In this document: one piece after another, positions 18,695 through 27,758 of the stretch
Layout of the letters: each line of letters starts with the position of its first letter
Position numbering within the stretch: position 1 is the stretch's first letter
Assembly: GCA_028749205.1 (NCBI GenBank)
Contig: JAQULR010000004.1
Coordinates: 41,742 to 105,741, forward strand
Source: Acidobacteriota bacterium
Lineage (GTDB): Bacteria; Acidobacteriota; Aminicenantia; Aminicenantales; Saccharicenantaceae
Length of the DNA stretch: 64,000 nt
Reading direction: 5' to 3'
Made by a program: the position numbers and the translations under genes
The notes under the pieces: generated by a model
The model's input: only the letters and a program-made list of their open reading frames with translations
The model's database searches: none
Told to the model about the DNA's origin: nothing

Positions 18695-19924
18695 CTACTT
18701 AAACAGGTTCAAAAAAACTGTGATTATCAGGGCATTGGTAAAATCAATGAAAAAGGCCCCGACAATTGGCACCACTAAAAAAGCTCTGGGGGCCCGGCCA
18801 TAGCGCTCAACTAAGGCTTTCATATTGGCCATGGCATTAGCCGTAGTTCCCAGGGCAAAACCACAGAAGCCAGCGCTCATAACGGCGGCCTCATAATCTT
18901 TTCCCATCAGCCTGAAAACCACCTGAGCCACCAGGGCCACCATAGCTACCTGAGCCGCCAGAATTACCAGCATCGGTAAAAACAACCCAGCCAGTTCCCA
19001 GAGTTCAAGAGTCATAAGGGCAATTACCAGAAACAGATTCAGGGCAACATGCCCCAGGTCATCTATGACTTTTTGGTCCAGATTCAGCAGCCCTGTCACG
19101 TCGTCAAGGTTTCTGATGATGGCGGCAACTAACATGGCTCCTATATAAGCCGGCAGGGTAATACCAAGGCTGACAAACCATTGGCTGATCCAGGAGCCGA
19201 CCCACATAGCAACAAGGATGATAACTACACTTTTAAGCAAATCGAAGGCCTTCTGTTCGTCATCCTCAGCCGAGGCTTCCCTCTTCTTGGTCAACAGCTC
19301 TTCTACTACTCCTTCGGCTTCAATTTCCGGCACTTTAAGCTCTTTAGCCCTTATTTTCTTAAGCTTTTTTTTCTCAACCAGAAATGTTCCTACTGGGCCA
19401 CCAATAAGACCCCCAGAAATTATCCCGAAGATAGCCGCAGCTACTGCCACTGTGGTAGCGGCTGAAACTCCTGCCTGTTCAAAGACCGGTCCAAAAGCCA
19501 AAGCTGTGGCCGGGCCACCAGTTTGGGTAGCTGAGCCACAGATAACCCCCATAAGAGGATCGAGCCCGAGAGGCAAGGCCAGAATCAGCCCCAGAAGATT
19601 CTGGCAAATCACAATAAAGGTAGCCGCCAGGAAGAAAATCAGAACCTGCGGTCCTCCGACTTTGAGCAACGACAGGCTGGCCGCAAAGCCGATGGTCGTA
19701 AAGAAAGCAATCATTAAGGGGTCACGCAGAGTGATATCAAACTGAATCGGAGTAATCTGAAATTGATGAAAGACCAGAACAATCAGCGAAACCAACAAAC
19801 CCCCGATAACCGGAGCCGGGATGTTTAACCGGTCCAGTGGTTTTATCCAGCGTCGGAGCCCATAGCCTAAAAAGAGAATTATTCCGGCAAAGGCTACCGT
19901 CTGAATCAAATCCAGCTTCAGCAA
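18695..19924 (-). CDS. gltS: Sodium/glutamate symporter
   Basis: GltS-like N-terminus (...NIPAPVIGGLL...). Two hydrophobic halves are separated by a charged loop. TTG start with an AAGGAG RBS. Confidence 0.75.
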   Translation of the reverse strand: MLKLDLIQTVAFAGIILFLGYGLRRWIKPLDRLNIPAPVIGGLLVSLIVLVFHQFQITPIQFDITLRDPLMIAFFTTIGFAASLSLLKVGGPQVLIFFLAATFIVICQNLLGLILALPLGLDPLMGVICGSATQTGGPATALAFGPVFEQAGVSAATTVAVAAAIFGIISGGLIGGPVGTFLVEKKKLKKIRAKELKVPEIEAEGVVEELLTKKREASAEDDEQKAFDLLKSVVIILVAMWVGSWISQWFVSLGITLPAYIGAMLVAAIIRNLDDVTGLLNLDQKVIDDLGHVALNLFLVIALMTLELWELAGLFLPMLVILAAQVAMVALVAQVVFRLMGKDYEAAVMSAGFCGFALGTTANAMANMKALVERYGRAPRAFLVVPIVGAFFIDFTNALIITVFLNLFK

Positions 19925-20144
19925 AACTTCTCCTTTTTCTTTTCCATTTTCTTAGCCTTCAGGTTTAACATTTTTCACCTTATTACTCAACCTCTTTTTC
20001 AGTCCCCGACTTAATTTATCATCACCTGCTTCATAAATTATCCGGTCTTAAGGATGCTGTCCATTTAGCAAATGGTGAGATTTATGCTCAGCTAAAATCT
20101 TATAAGTTGTCCTCAATCTTATAGCTGATATAGATGAAAAAAGC

Positions 20145-20660
20145 TCAGGCCCGGGACTTCTTTTTCTTGCCCCTCATGGCCAGCAGGCGCTGGCGGGTGT
20201 AAGGAATCAGGCCGCCGGCCTCAATGATGGCCTGCCTGGCAGCAGGTAAAGGTTCAACTGTAAATTCTTGACCGGAGGTTTTGTTAATCACTTTATCAGG
20301 CCGAATCTCCAGCTCGTCTCCTTCTTCAGCCTCTATCTGCGGACAAACCACTAGTCGCAGCCCTAAATTAATGGCATTTTGCATAAAAATTCTGGCAAAA
20401 TTTCTGGCCACAACGATTAAATCATAGCCTTTGAGGCAAGAGGCAGCCTGTTCTCGGGAGGAACCACAACCAAAATTTTTTCCGGCCACCACCACACTTC
20501 CAGGTGGAATTTCTCTGTTCTTTAACTTCTCATTGAATTCAGGATAATCGGCAAAAGCATACTGCGGAGTTTCCGACGGCAGGACCGTAGCCATAAACCT
20601 TCCCGGATAAATAATATCAGTCGAAATGTCGTCTCCAAGTTTAAGAACAACCCTGGCCAT
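20145..20660 (-). CDS. Aconitase-family dehydratase small subunit (LeuD / homoaconitase / dimethylmaleate hydratase type)
   Basis: Swivel-domain motifs GKNFGCGSSREQA. It starts directly after the large-subunit stop. Confidence 0.8.
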   Translation of the reverse strand: MARVVLKLGDDISTDIIYPGRFMATVLPSETPQYAFADYPEFNEKLKNREIPPGSVVVAGKNFGCGSSREQAASCLKGYDLIVVARNFARIFMQNAINLGLRLVVCPQIEAEEGDELEIRPDKVINKTSGQEFTVEPLPAARQAIIEAGGLIPYTRQRLLAMRGKKKKSRA

Positions 20661-20661
20661 G

Positions 20662-21954
20662 TTATTTGCCTCCTTTTCTGGGATCAGTGAGGTAGCCGGT
20701 CAGAGCAGAGGCGGCCGCTACCGCCGGCGAACACAAATAGACCTCAGCTTTAGGATTGCCCATTCGCCCCTTAAAATTGCGGTTGGTGGTAGAAAGAGCC
20801 ACCTCACCATCGCCTAAGGCTCCTTGGTGAACTCCAAGGCAACAGCCGCATCCGGGATTCATCACCACCGCCCCAGCTTTGACCAGATCGGCTAAATAAC
20901 CAAGCTGGAGAGCCTGCTGATAAATTCGGAAAGAGGCTGGAAAGACCAGCATCCTGAGGCCGCGGGCAATCTTTTTTCCTTTAAGGATTTTAGCTGCTAC
21001 GGCCAGGTCATCCAGCCGTCCATTGGTGCAAGAGCCGATAACAATCTGGTCAACTTTTACCCGGCCCACTTTTCTAACTGGCATGACATTATCTACCGTA
21101 TGAGGACAGGCAACCATAGGTTCTATTTTTGAAACCTCAATTTCAATTACCTGCCAATATTCAGCCCCTGGGTCTGGCCCGAAAACCTCGACTTTTCCCT
21201 TAACTCTGGCTTCTTCTTTTAGATAACGCAGCGTTTCCTTATCAGGTGGAACAATGCCTGAAGTGGCTCCAGCTTCAACTGACATGTTACAAACTGTCAG
21301 CCGGCCAGAAGTTGACATTTTCTCAATGGCTGGTCCGTGATATTCCAGCACCTTGAAATTAGCTCCTTCAGCCGTAATTTTTCCGATAAGGAATAGGATA
21401 AAATCTTTGGGAAGAACATACGGGGAGAATTTTCCAGTGGCCACCACCTTGATGGTTTCTGGGACTTCGACATTCAGGACTCGGCCCAAAGCCCAGACCG
21501 AGGCCATTTCGGTGGCTCCGATACCGAAACTAAAAGCCCCCAGGGCTCCGTGAGACGTAGTATGGCTATCGGTGCCGACGACCACTTTTCCTGGTAAAAC
21601 ATAGCCACTTTCTGGCAGAATCTGGTGGCAGATACCGCCCTCATCCCCTCGGATATCATGAAATTTTTTTATCTTCTGAGCAGCAACAAATTCCCTAATT
21701 TTTTTCTGGTTAGTAGCCGTCTTGGAGCTTTCGGCCGGAACTCGGTGGTCGAGGATCAGGGCAATTTTGTCTGGATCCCAGACCTTCGGCTTAAGGCCAG
21801 TATCTTTAAATATTTCTAAAAATTGGTTTATAACCAGAGCCCCATTCTCATGGGACATAGCTAAACTGACCTCAGGTTCCAGTACCTGGCCAGCCTTAAC
21901 TGATTTCTGGCCCGTAGCTCTGGCCAGAATTTTTTCCACCATGGTCATGCCCAT
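20662..21954 (-). CDS. Aconitase-family dehydratase large subunit (LeuC / homoaconitase / dimethylmaleate hydratase type)
   Basis: Fe-S ligand contexts GSCTNGR and GCGCCLG are present, along with the DSHT motif. AAGGAGG RBS. Confidence 0.8.
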   Translation of the reverse strand: MGMTMVEKILARATGQKSVKAGQVLEPEVSLAMSHENGALVINQFLEIFKDTGLKPKVWDPDKIALILDHRVPAESSKTATNQKKIREFVAAQKIKKFHDIRGDEGGICHQILPESGYVLPGKVVVGTDSHTTSHGALGAFSFGIGATEMASVWALGRVLNVEVPETIKVVATGKFSPYVLPKDFILFLIGKITAEGANFKVLEYHGPAIEKMSTSGRLTVCNMSVEAGATSGIVPPDKETLRYLKEEARVKGKVEVFGPDPGAEYWQVIEIEVSKIEPMVACPHTVDNVMPVRKVGRVKVDQIVIGSCTNGRLDDLAVAAKILKGKKIARGLRMLVFPASFRIYQQALQLGYLADLVKAGAVVMNPGCGCCLGVHQGALGDGEVALSTTNRNFKGRMGNPKAEVYLCSPAVAAASALTGYLTDPRKGGK

Positions 21955-21979
21955 AGGTTATCCTCCTTATTTTTCAGGC

Positions 21980-22891
21980 TTATTTATATTTATTTTCTAG
22001 TCGGTCTTGCGGCAGATATTTCTCTTCGAGCTTGCGGTAATCTTTGAGTCCTACGAAGGTGGTATACTCTTCAAAAGTAGTAATCCAGTGGGTTTCGCCA
22101 GGCAAAATTCCTGAGGCTGAATTTTTCAGGGCGGTGAAAAATTCGGTCAAAGCCTTGTGCATAACCATAATCGAAGCAACTGGAATGGAGACTCGGCCTA
22201 CTCCCATTTTAGCCAGTTCTGTTACAGGTATAAGTTCGGTTTTAACTCCGGTAACACCATCCATCAGATTGACCGACAAAGGCCCTTTAATTTCCTTTAC
22301 AGCTCTTTCAATATCAATCTTGCTTTTGATACCATCAATAAAAACCAGGTCAGCTCCGGCCTCGAGGTACAGATTACAGCGCCGAATTGCCTCCTCCAGG
22401 CCGGCCACAGCGAAAACATCTGTTCGAGCATTAATTATAAAATCAGGGTCCAGTCTGTTCCTGATCTCAGCACAAGCTTTAATCTTGCCCACCATCTCTT
22501 CGGCCGGAATAACTTCCTTGCCGGCCATATGGCCGCAGCGCTTGGGGAAAACCTGGTCTTCTATGTTCATTCCGGCTGCTCCAATGGTAATAACTCTTTC
22601 AGTCACCCAGGCAGCATTGATGGCATTTCCTCCTCCGGTATCCACATCGGCCATTACCGGAATGTTGACCGCCTGAACTATATTCCAGGTCAAATCCAGA
22701 ATATCTTTCATCTGAACCAGGCCGACATCGGGCTTGGCCAGAAAAGAGCCGGCCAGCCCGAAGCCTGAAACCTGAATGGCCTCAAACCCGCAATTTTCAA
22801 TAATTTTAGCGCTCAGGGCATCATGACAACCTGGAGCTACCAGAGCCCGGCGTTCCATTATAGCTTTTCTCAGGATAGTGGTTTTTTTCAT
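21980..22891 (-). CDS. Isocitrate lyase / PEP mutase superfamily lyase (methylisocitrate lyase / 2,3-dimethylmalate lyase-like)
   Basis: It has the FPKRCGH motif that is characteristic of the lyase branch. PEP mutases have EDK..K.NS instead. TIM-barrel length. AAGGAG RBS. Confidence 0.75.
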   Translation of the reverse strand: MKKTTILRKAIMERRALVAPGCHDALSAKIIENCGFEAIQVSGFGLAGSFLAKPDVGLVQMKDILDLTWNIVQAVNIPVMADVDTGGGNAINAAWVTERVITIGAAGMNIEDQVFPKRCGHMAGKEVIPAEEMVGKIKACAEIRNRLDPDFIINARTDVFAVAGLEEAIRRCNLYLEAGADLVFIDGIKSKIDIERAVKEIKGPLSVNLMDGVTGVKTELIPVTELAKMGVGRVSIPVASIMVMHKALTEFFTALKNSASGILPGETHWITTFEEYTTFVGLKDYRKLEEKYLPQDRLENKYK

Positions 22892-22949
22892 ATATTTCTC
22901 CTTTGCTTGGCTAAATTTTAGCTTAATATTTAAAATTCAATAAACCTAA

Positions 22950-23001
22950 TCTGACCAGCCAAATAAATGATTCTGACCAGCCTGGTTGTTTTCGACCAGC
23001 T
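22950..23001. promoter_or_regulatory. Three phased direct repeats TC(T)GACCAGC(C/T) upstream of the lyase-dehydratase operon
   Basis: TCTGACCAGCC occurs at 22950 and at 22972, and TCGACCAGCT at 22992. Starts are spaced 22 and 20 bp apart. The repeats lie 59-110 nt upstream of the lyase start codon. The second repeat is part of the palindrome ACCAGcCTGGT. Confidence 0.3.
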
Positions 23002-23110
23002 ATAAACTGCTCTCCTCCAGTCTTTTTAAGCCTGATAGGAAACTTCCCGGGGCTTTCTTTTCTACCAGGACATTTCCTAAAAAGATTTATTATAGACAGC
23101 CTTTCTTATT

Positions 23111-23842
23111 TTACAAGATATTCCTGATGTCCAGCCTTTTAAGCCGATTATAATAGAGCATAATTTTTATGGCTTCTCTGACTTCCCGGCTGGAAATTTT
23201 GGACTGGCCCTTTTCCCGGTTGACAAATTTTATTGGAACTTCTTCAATAACCGCGCCGGTTTTCTGGATAAAATACAGGATTTCCAGATTAGCCGCATAG
23301 CCTCGGGCTTTAAGTCTGTCCAGAGGAACTTTCTCCAAACACTCCGCCCGATAGGCTCTGAAAGCGCCGGTGGTATCCTTGGCTTTAAGCCCCATCAGCA
23401 ACCTACTTAAAAAGTTAGCGGCCCAGCTATTAATCTTTCTTAAGATCGTCCAGCCTTCTGTTTTTCCACCCTCAACATATCTGGAACCAATTACCAACCC
23501 GGCTCTCTGAAGCCGTCTGATCATTTCCGGGATGGCCGACGGCGGATGAGAAAAATCAGCATCCATGGTCAGAAGTCGGGTAAAACCCCTTTTGAGCCCC
23601 CACTTAAAACCAGCCCGATGAGCTGTCCCCAGACCCAGTTTACCAGCACGGTGAAGTACTGAGACCAGCTCGGGGTTTTCTTGGCTGAGACGATCAGCTA
23701 TCTGGCCAGTCCCGTCTGGAGAATTATCGTCAACTATTAGCACCTTAAAATCCAGACTCAGAGCCATTATTTCCCTGACTAGACTCTCTAAGTTGTCGGC
23801 TTCATTATAGGTTGGGACAATAACCAGGTTTCTTTCTCTCAT
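23111..23842 (-). CDS. GT2 polyprenol-phosphate mannosyltransferase (DPM1-like)
   Basis: VIVPTYNE, DDNSPDGT and DADFSH motifs. Confidence 0.8.
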   Translation of the reverse strand: MRERNLVIVPTYNEADNLESLVREIMALSLDFKVLIVDDNSPDGTGQIADRLSQENPELVSVLHRAGKLGLGTAHRAGFKWGLKRGFTRLLTMDADFSHPPSAIPEMIRRLQRAGLVIGSRYVEGGKTEGWTILRKINSWAANFLSRLLMGLKAKDTTGAFRAYRAECLEKVPLDRLKARGYAANLEILYFIQKTGAVIEEVPIKFVNREKGQSKISSREVREAIKIMLYYNRLKRLDIRNIL

Positions 23843-23954
23843 GGGTCTATTTTATCAAATCTCCCACAACCCCGGCACCAGGCTTTTTTTAATTAAGATC
23901 TTGGGTTATACTTGGTTTTTAATTTAAGGCTATTTTTACCCGTTGGAGGAAACT

Positions 23955-24548
23955 ATGTCAGAAAATCGTTCCGAGTTGATACTCAAAATGTTTGAGGAAA
24001 GTAAGGCTTTACTCCAGGGTCATTTCAAGCTAACCTCTGGTAAACACTCCGAATACTACTTTGAAAAAATCAGGCTTATAGAAAGGCCGGTTCTCTTGGA
24101 AAAAATTATTGACCTGCTGGTCGAAGAAATTAAAAAAGATGCTCCCGAATTTGATTATGTGGTTTCGCCTGCCTATGGGGGCATTGCCATCGGTTTTCTG
24201 GCCGCCTTAAAGCTTAAAAAATTTTTCGCCTTTACCCAAAGGGTTGAAGAAAAAATGACTGTCCGCTCCGGTTTCTCCGGCCTCACCAATTCCAAGGCGA
24301 TTATTGTGGAAGATGTCTTGACTACCGGGGGCTCAGTCCGAGAGGTCTTAGAATGTCTGAAGCAGAAAGAGGTGACTGTAGCTAAAATCTATTGCTTGGT
24401 GGACAGAAGCGGGGGTCAGGTTCTTATAGAAGGCAATCCAGTAAGAAGCTTACTATCATTAAAGGTTGAAGCTTTTGAGCCTGAGTTCTGCCCTCTCTGC
24501 CAGCAAGGCCGGCCCCTGGTCAAGCCAGGAGCTTCAGACAGAAAATGA
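23955..24548 (+). CDS. pyrE: Orotate phosphoribosyltransferase
   Basis: PRPP-binding motif IIVEDVLTTGGS. I moved the start to ATG 23955, which follows a GGAGGA RBS. The track start at 23943 is a TTG. Confidence 0.85.
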   Translation: MSENRSELILKMFEESKALLQGHFKLTSGKHSEYYFEKIRLIERPVLLEKIIDLLVEEIKKDAPEFDYVVSPAYGGIAIGFLAALKLKKFFAFTQRVEEKMTVRSGFSGLTNSKAIIVEDVLTTGGSVREVLECLKQKEVTVAKIYCLVDRSGGQVLIEGNPVRSLLSLKVEAFEPEFCPLCQQGRPLVKPGASDRK

Positions 24549-26473
24549 AGGTAATTCTGGCTTCTGAGTCTCCCCGGAGAACCAAACTACTTAAAAAGAT
24601 TTTTAAGCGTTTTTCAGTTATCCCCAGCGGCCTGGACGAAAATCAATTTCCAAAAGAAGACCCGGTTAACTATGCCTTAAAAGTAGCTGAAACCAAGGCT
24701 CGAGAAGTGGCCGAAAGAAATCCTGAAGCTCTGGTAATTGCTGCTGATACGGTGGTTGCTGTAGATGGATTGATTCTCGGAAAGCCCAAAGACAGAGACC
24801 AGGCCAAAAAAATGCTCCAGAGCCTCTCGGGTAAAACTCATCAGGTGATTACGGCCGTGGCCGTCTGCCAAAAGCAGGAAGAAAAAGTTAAAATCCTCAG
24901 TGATTGTGAAACCAGCCTGGTTACCTTCAAGCCTTTAACCGAAAAGGAGATGGACTCTTATTTAGACCAAAGCACCTACCAGGACAAAGCTGGGGCTTAT
25001 GCCGTTCAGGAAATCAAATCTTCATTTTTAGAAAAGCTTGAGGGCGACTATTATAACGTAGTTGGTCTGCCGATTAGACGGCTGCGCCAGGTGCTGTCCA
25101 GTTTTTTAGAAAGAAAAACTGAAGTTGAGATTACCGATTTCCTATTTCCAGAGGGTTTGGGCTTGGGCCAGAGTCAGAATCACACCTTTCAGGTACCCGG
25201 GACTTATCCCGGCGACCTGGTAGAAATATCTTACCAGCTTTCTGAGAAGCAGCCCCTTCGAGCCAAGGTTTTTTCTATAATCAATCCTTCCCCCCTGCGA
25301 GAACCGCCGGTTTGCCCTCATTTCGGTCAGTGTGGCGGCTGCAGTTTTCAGGATTTAAGGTACTCTGAACAGCTTCGTCAAAAAGGTCAGTATTTACTCC
25401 AGGTTATTGAGGAATATTTTCCTTCAGAGTCCCGTTACCTGGAAATTGATGATGTTGGGCCTTCTCCTTCCCGTTTTTTCTATCGTAATAAAATGGAATT
25501 CTCTTTCGGTCAATCAGGAAACGAACTTTACCTCGGCTTAAAGCAAAAGACCAAGGCCTCTTTTAGCCGCCAGGATAAAACCATCGTCCGTCTGGACGAA
25601 TGTCATCTCTGCACTCCTTTAGCAGAAAAAATATTTTCTTTTTTCCCTGAGCTTTGCAGAAAGACTAAACTTCGAGCTTTTGACTTAAAAACCAAGCAGG
25701 GCTTTTTCCGCCATCTGGTCATAAGAGAAGGTAAAAAAACCGGGGATCTGATGCTCCTCCTGGTTACTACCAGCCAGGCTGAGCTCGAGACCAGAAGCTT
25801 TACAGATCAACTGCTTCAAGCCCTGCCTGAGCTTAAGAGCTTCTGGTGGGTGGAGAACAACCGCCTGGCCGATGTGGTCTCTTTCGAGAAGTCTCACCAC
25901 CTATACGGCCAAGAAGCCATTGAAGAAGAACTGCTTGACCTTCGTTTCAAAATCTATCCAGCCTCTTTTTTCCAGACCAATCCCTTAGCCGCCGAACTCG
26001 TTTACCACAAAATTGTTGAAGAAGCCAGAAGACTAAGAACCCAGTCAGCTCTCGGCCTTTACTGTGGCTCGGGAGCCATAGAGATCTGTCTATCAAAAAT
26101 CGCTGCTGAGGTAGTCGGGGTTGACTGGGATAAAGCCAATATCAAGACGGCCAATGAAAATGCCAAAATTAACAACCTCAGGAATGTTAGCTTTTGGGAA
26201 AACCGAGTGGAGGAAGTCTTGCCTGAAATCTATCGGGGCAGTTATGATCTGTTGATTGTTGACCCGCCTCGAGCTGGAATTAGCCCTAAGGGAATTAAAC
26301 AAATAATTTCCCTTAAAATTCCTAATATTATCTACGTGTCCTGTAACCCTAAATCTCTGGCCAGAGACCTTAAAATTCTAACTGACAGCGGCTACCAGAT
26401 TAGCCGACTGACTCCAGTAGACTTCTTTCCCCATACTGCCCATCTCGAAGTAGTAGCCTTTTTGTGCCGTTAG
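24545..26473 (+). CDS. Fusion protein: N-terminal Maf nucleotide pyrophosphatase and C-terminal RlmD/RumA-type 23S rRNA (uracil-5)-methyltransferase
   Basis: About aa 1-190 carry Maf motifs: LASESPRR, DTVV, GKP, DKAGAYAVQE, NVVGLP. From about aa 200 onward there is a TRAM-like segment, the Fe-S motif CPHFGQCGGCSFQDL, the SAM MTase motif DPPRAG and the catalytic VSCNP. ATGA overlap with pyrE. Confidence 0.85.
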   Translation: MKVILASESPRRTKLLKKIFKRFSVIPSGLDENQFPKEDPVNYALKVAETKAREVAERNPEALVIAADTVVAVDGLILGKPKDRDQAKKMLQSLSGKTHQVITAVAVCQKQEEKVKILSDCETSLVTFKPLTEKEMDSYLDQSTYQDKAGAYAVQEIKSSFLEKLEGDYYNVVGLPIRRLRQVLSSFLERKTEVEITDFLFPEGLGLGQSQNHTFQVPGTYPGDLVEISYQLSEKQPLRAKVFSIINPSPLREPPVCPHFGQCGGCSFQDLRYSEQLRQKGQYLLQVIEEYFPSESRYLEIDDVGPSPSRFFYRNKMEFSFGQSGNELYLGLKQKTKASFSRQDKTIVRLDECHLCTPLAEKIFSFFPELCRKTKLRAFDLKTKQGFFRHLVIREGKKTGDLMLLLVTTSQAELETRSFTDQLLQALPELKSFWWVENNRLADVVSFEKSHHLYGQEAIEEELLDLRFKIYPASFFQTNPLAAELVYHKIVEEARRLRTQSALGLYCGSGAIEICLSKIAAEVVGVDWDKANIKTANENAKINNLRNVSFWENRVEEVLPEIYRGSYDLLIVDPPRAGISPKGIKQIISLKIPNIIYVSCNPKSLARDLKILTDSGYQISRLTPVDFFPHTAHLEVVAFLCR

Positions 26474-26556
26474 ACTTACCGCCTCCGGAAGATATAATCT
26501 GAGCAGGCAAAAGATTAGCTTTTCAGCCTGTTTTCTTTTAAAATTATCTCAGCCTT

Positions 26557-27735
26557 ATGATAAAAGCCATTCCAGAAGATTTTGTAGTCGAGGAAATTGC
26601 CGAGCTTCCTCTGACCAAAACAGGAGAGTTCCGAGTCTATCAGCTAACCAAAAAAAATTGGACTACCCCAGATTTAAGGCGCTTCCTGGCTAAGTTGCTG
26701 TCCATCTCTCCCAAGGCGATAGCCTATGGCGGGAAAAAGGATAAGCATGGCCTGACCACCCAATACATCACCATTCGCCATCAGCGCGATTTCACTCTGG
26801 AAGAAAAGAATTTTTCTCTTCGCTCGATAGGTTTTATGCGAAAGTCAATGAGTCCGGCCCTTATCCAGGGAAATAAATTCTGCATTACCATCCGCAATCT
26901 TAAAGAGGTAGAATCCGTTTTAGCTAATCTGGAAGAGGTTAAGGTCTATGGTTTTCCTAATTTTTTTGATGACCAGCGTTTCCGGGGGACTGACCTTAGC
27001 CTGGGTTTTTTTGCTGACCGGGTCCTGCGTGGTCATTATAATGGGGCCCTCCAGATCTTCCTTCAGTCCCAGAATATCAATCGGGCCGATAAAAAGGCCC
27101 GGGAAAGAGTGGCCGAGATTATCGCCAGCTGGCGAGATTGGGAAAAATGCTTAGAGCTGGCTCAAGGCCTGACCGAGAAGAGAATCTTTCACACCTTACT
27201 TCTCAGGCCGGATGATTTCTTAGGAGCCCTGGAAAAAATTCCCAGAGAAGAAATCTCGATGGCTTATGCGGCTTTTGGCTCACATCTGTGGAATGAGCTG
27301 CTGCGCAAACTTTTGACAGAAAAAATAGCCGGGCTCAAAGAGTACCAGGCTGAATCAGGAAGTTTCTATTTCTGGAAAAGTCTTGAAGAACCAGTTTTTG
27401 ATTATTTAAAGAATCTCAAATTACCCACCCCGGCCGCTAAGATGCATTTTCCCGATGAGCTTTCCAGAAATCTCTACCTGAGAGTCCTTGAAGAAAATAA
27501 TCTTACCTTCAGTTCATTCCGAACCAGAGCCTTGAGCCGGGTTTTTTTCAGGTCTTTCCAGAGGAAAGTCCTGATATATCCAGAAAACCTGGAAATAGTT
27601 GACAAGCGGGCTGACGAGCTCCACTCGAAGAAAAAGGCTTTAGTATTGTCTTTTACCTTGCCACGGGGAGCTTTTGCTACTATGCTAATAAAAAGAATTC
27701 TTCTTCCGGAAGAACCACAGGCCATTAAAGCCTGA
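26557..27735 (+). CDS. truD: tRNA pseudouridine(13) synthase TruD
   Basis: TruD-type motifs are present (KDKHG, FPNFFDDQRFR) and the length is typical. Confidence 0.8.
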   Translation: MIKAIPEDFVVEEIAELPLTKTGEFRVYQLTKKNWTTPDLRRFLAKLLSISPKAIAYGGKKDKHGLTTQYITIRHQRDFTLEEKNFSLRSIGFMRKSMSPALIQGNKFCITIRNLKEVESVLANLEEVKVYGFPNFFDDQRFRGTDLSLGFFADRVLRGHYNGALQIFLQSQNINRADKKARERVAEIIASWRDWEKCLELAQGLTEKRIFHTLLLRPDDFLGALEKIPREEISMAYAAFGSHLWNELLRKLLTEKIAGLKEYQAESGSFYFWKSLEEPVFDYLKNLKLPTPAAKMHFPDELSRNLYLRVLEENNLTFSSFRTRALSRVFFRSFQRKVLIYPENLEIVDKRADELHSKKKALVLSFTLPRGAFATMLIKRILLPEEPQAIKA

Positions 27736-27758
27736 TAACAAAAAATAGGTCAGAAGTC

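Noticed and set aside
19218-19745. 175-aa and 94-aa antisense ORFs opposite gltS; similarly 14241-14789 opposite EF-G, 8350-8772 opposite the ROK kinase, and 29134-29505 opposite the CDP-alcohol transferase gene
   Set aside because: All overlap well-supported genes on the opposite strand, and their translations are low-complexity. They are shadow ORFs.
22044-22768. Long antisense ORFs (210 and 203 aa) opposite the ICL-family lyase gene
   Set aside because: They lie entirely within a gene that has clear family motifs on the other strand. Their translations are Ser/Ile/Pro-rich with no recognisable domains. These are typical shadow ORFs.
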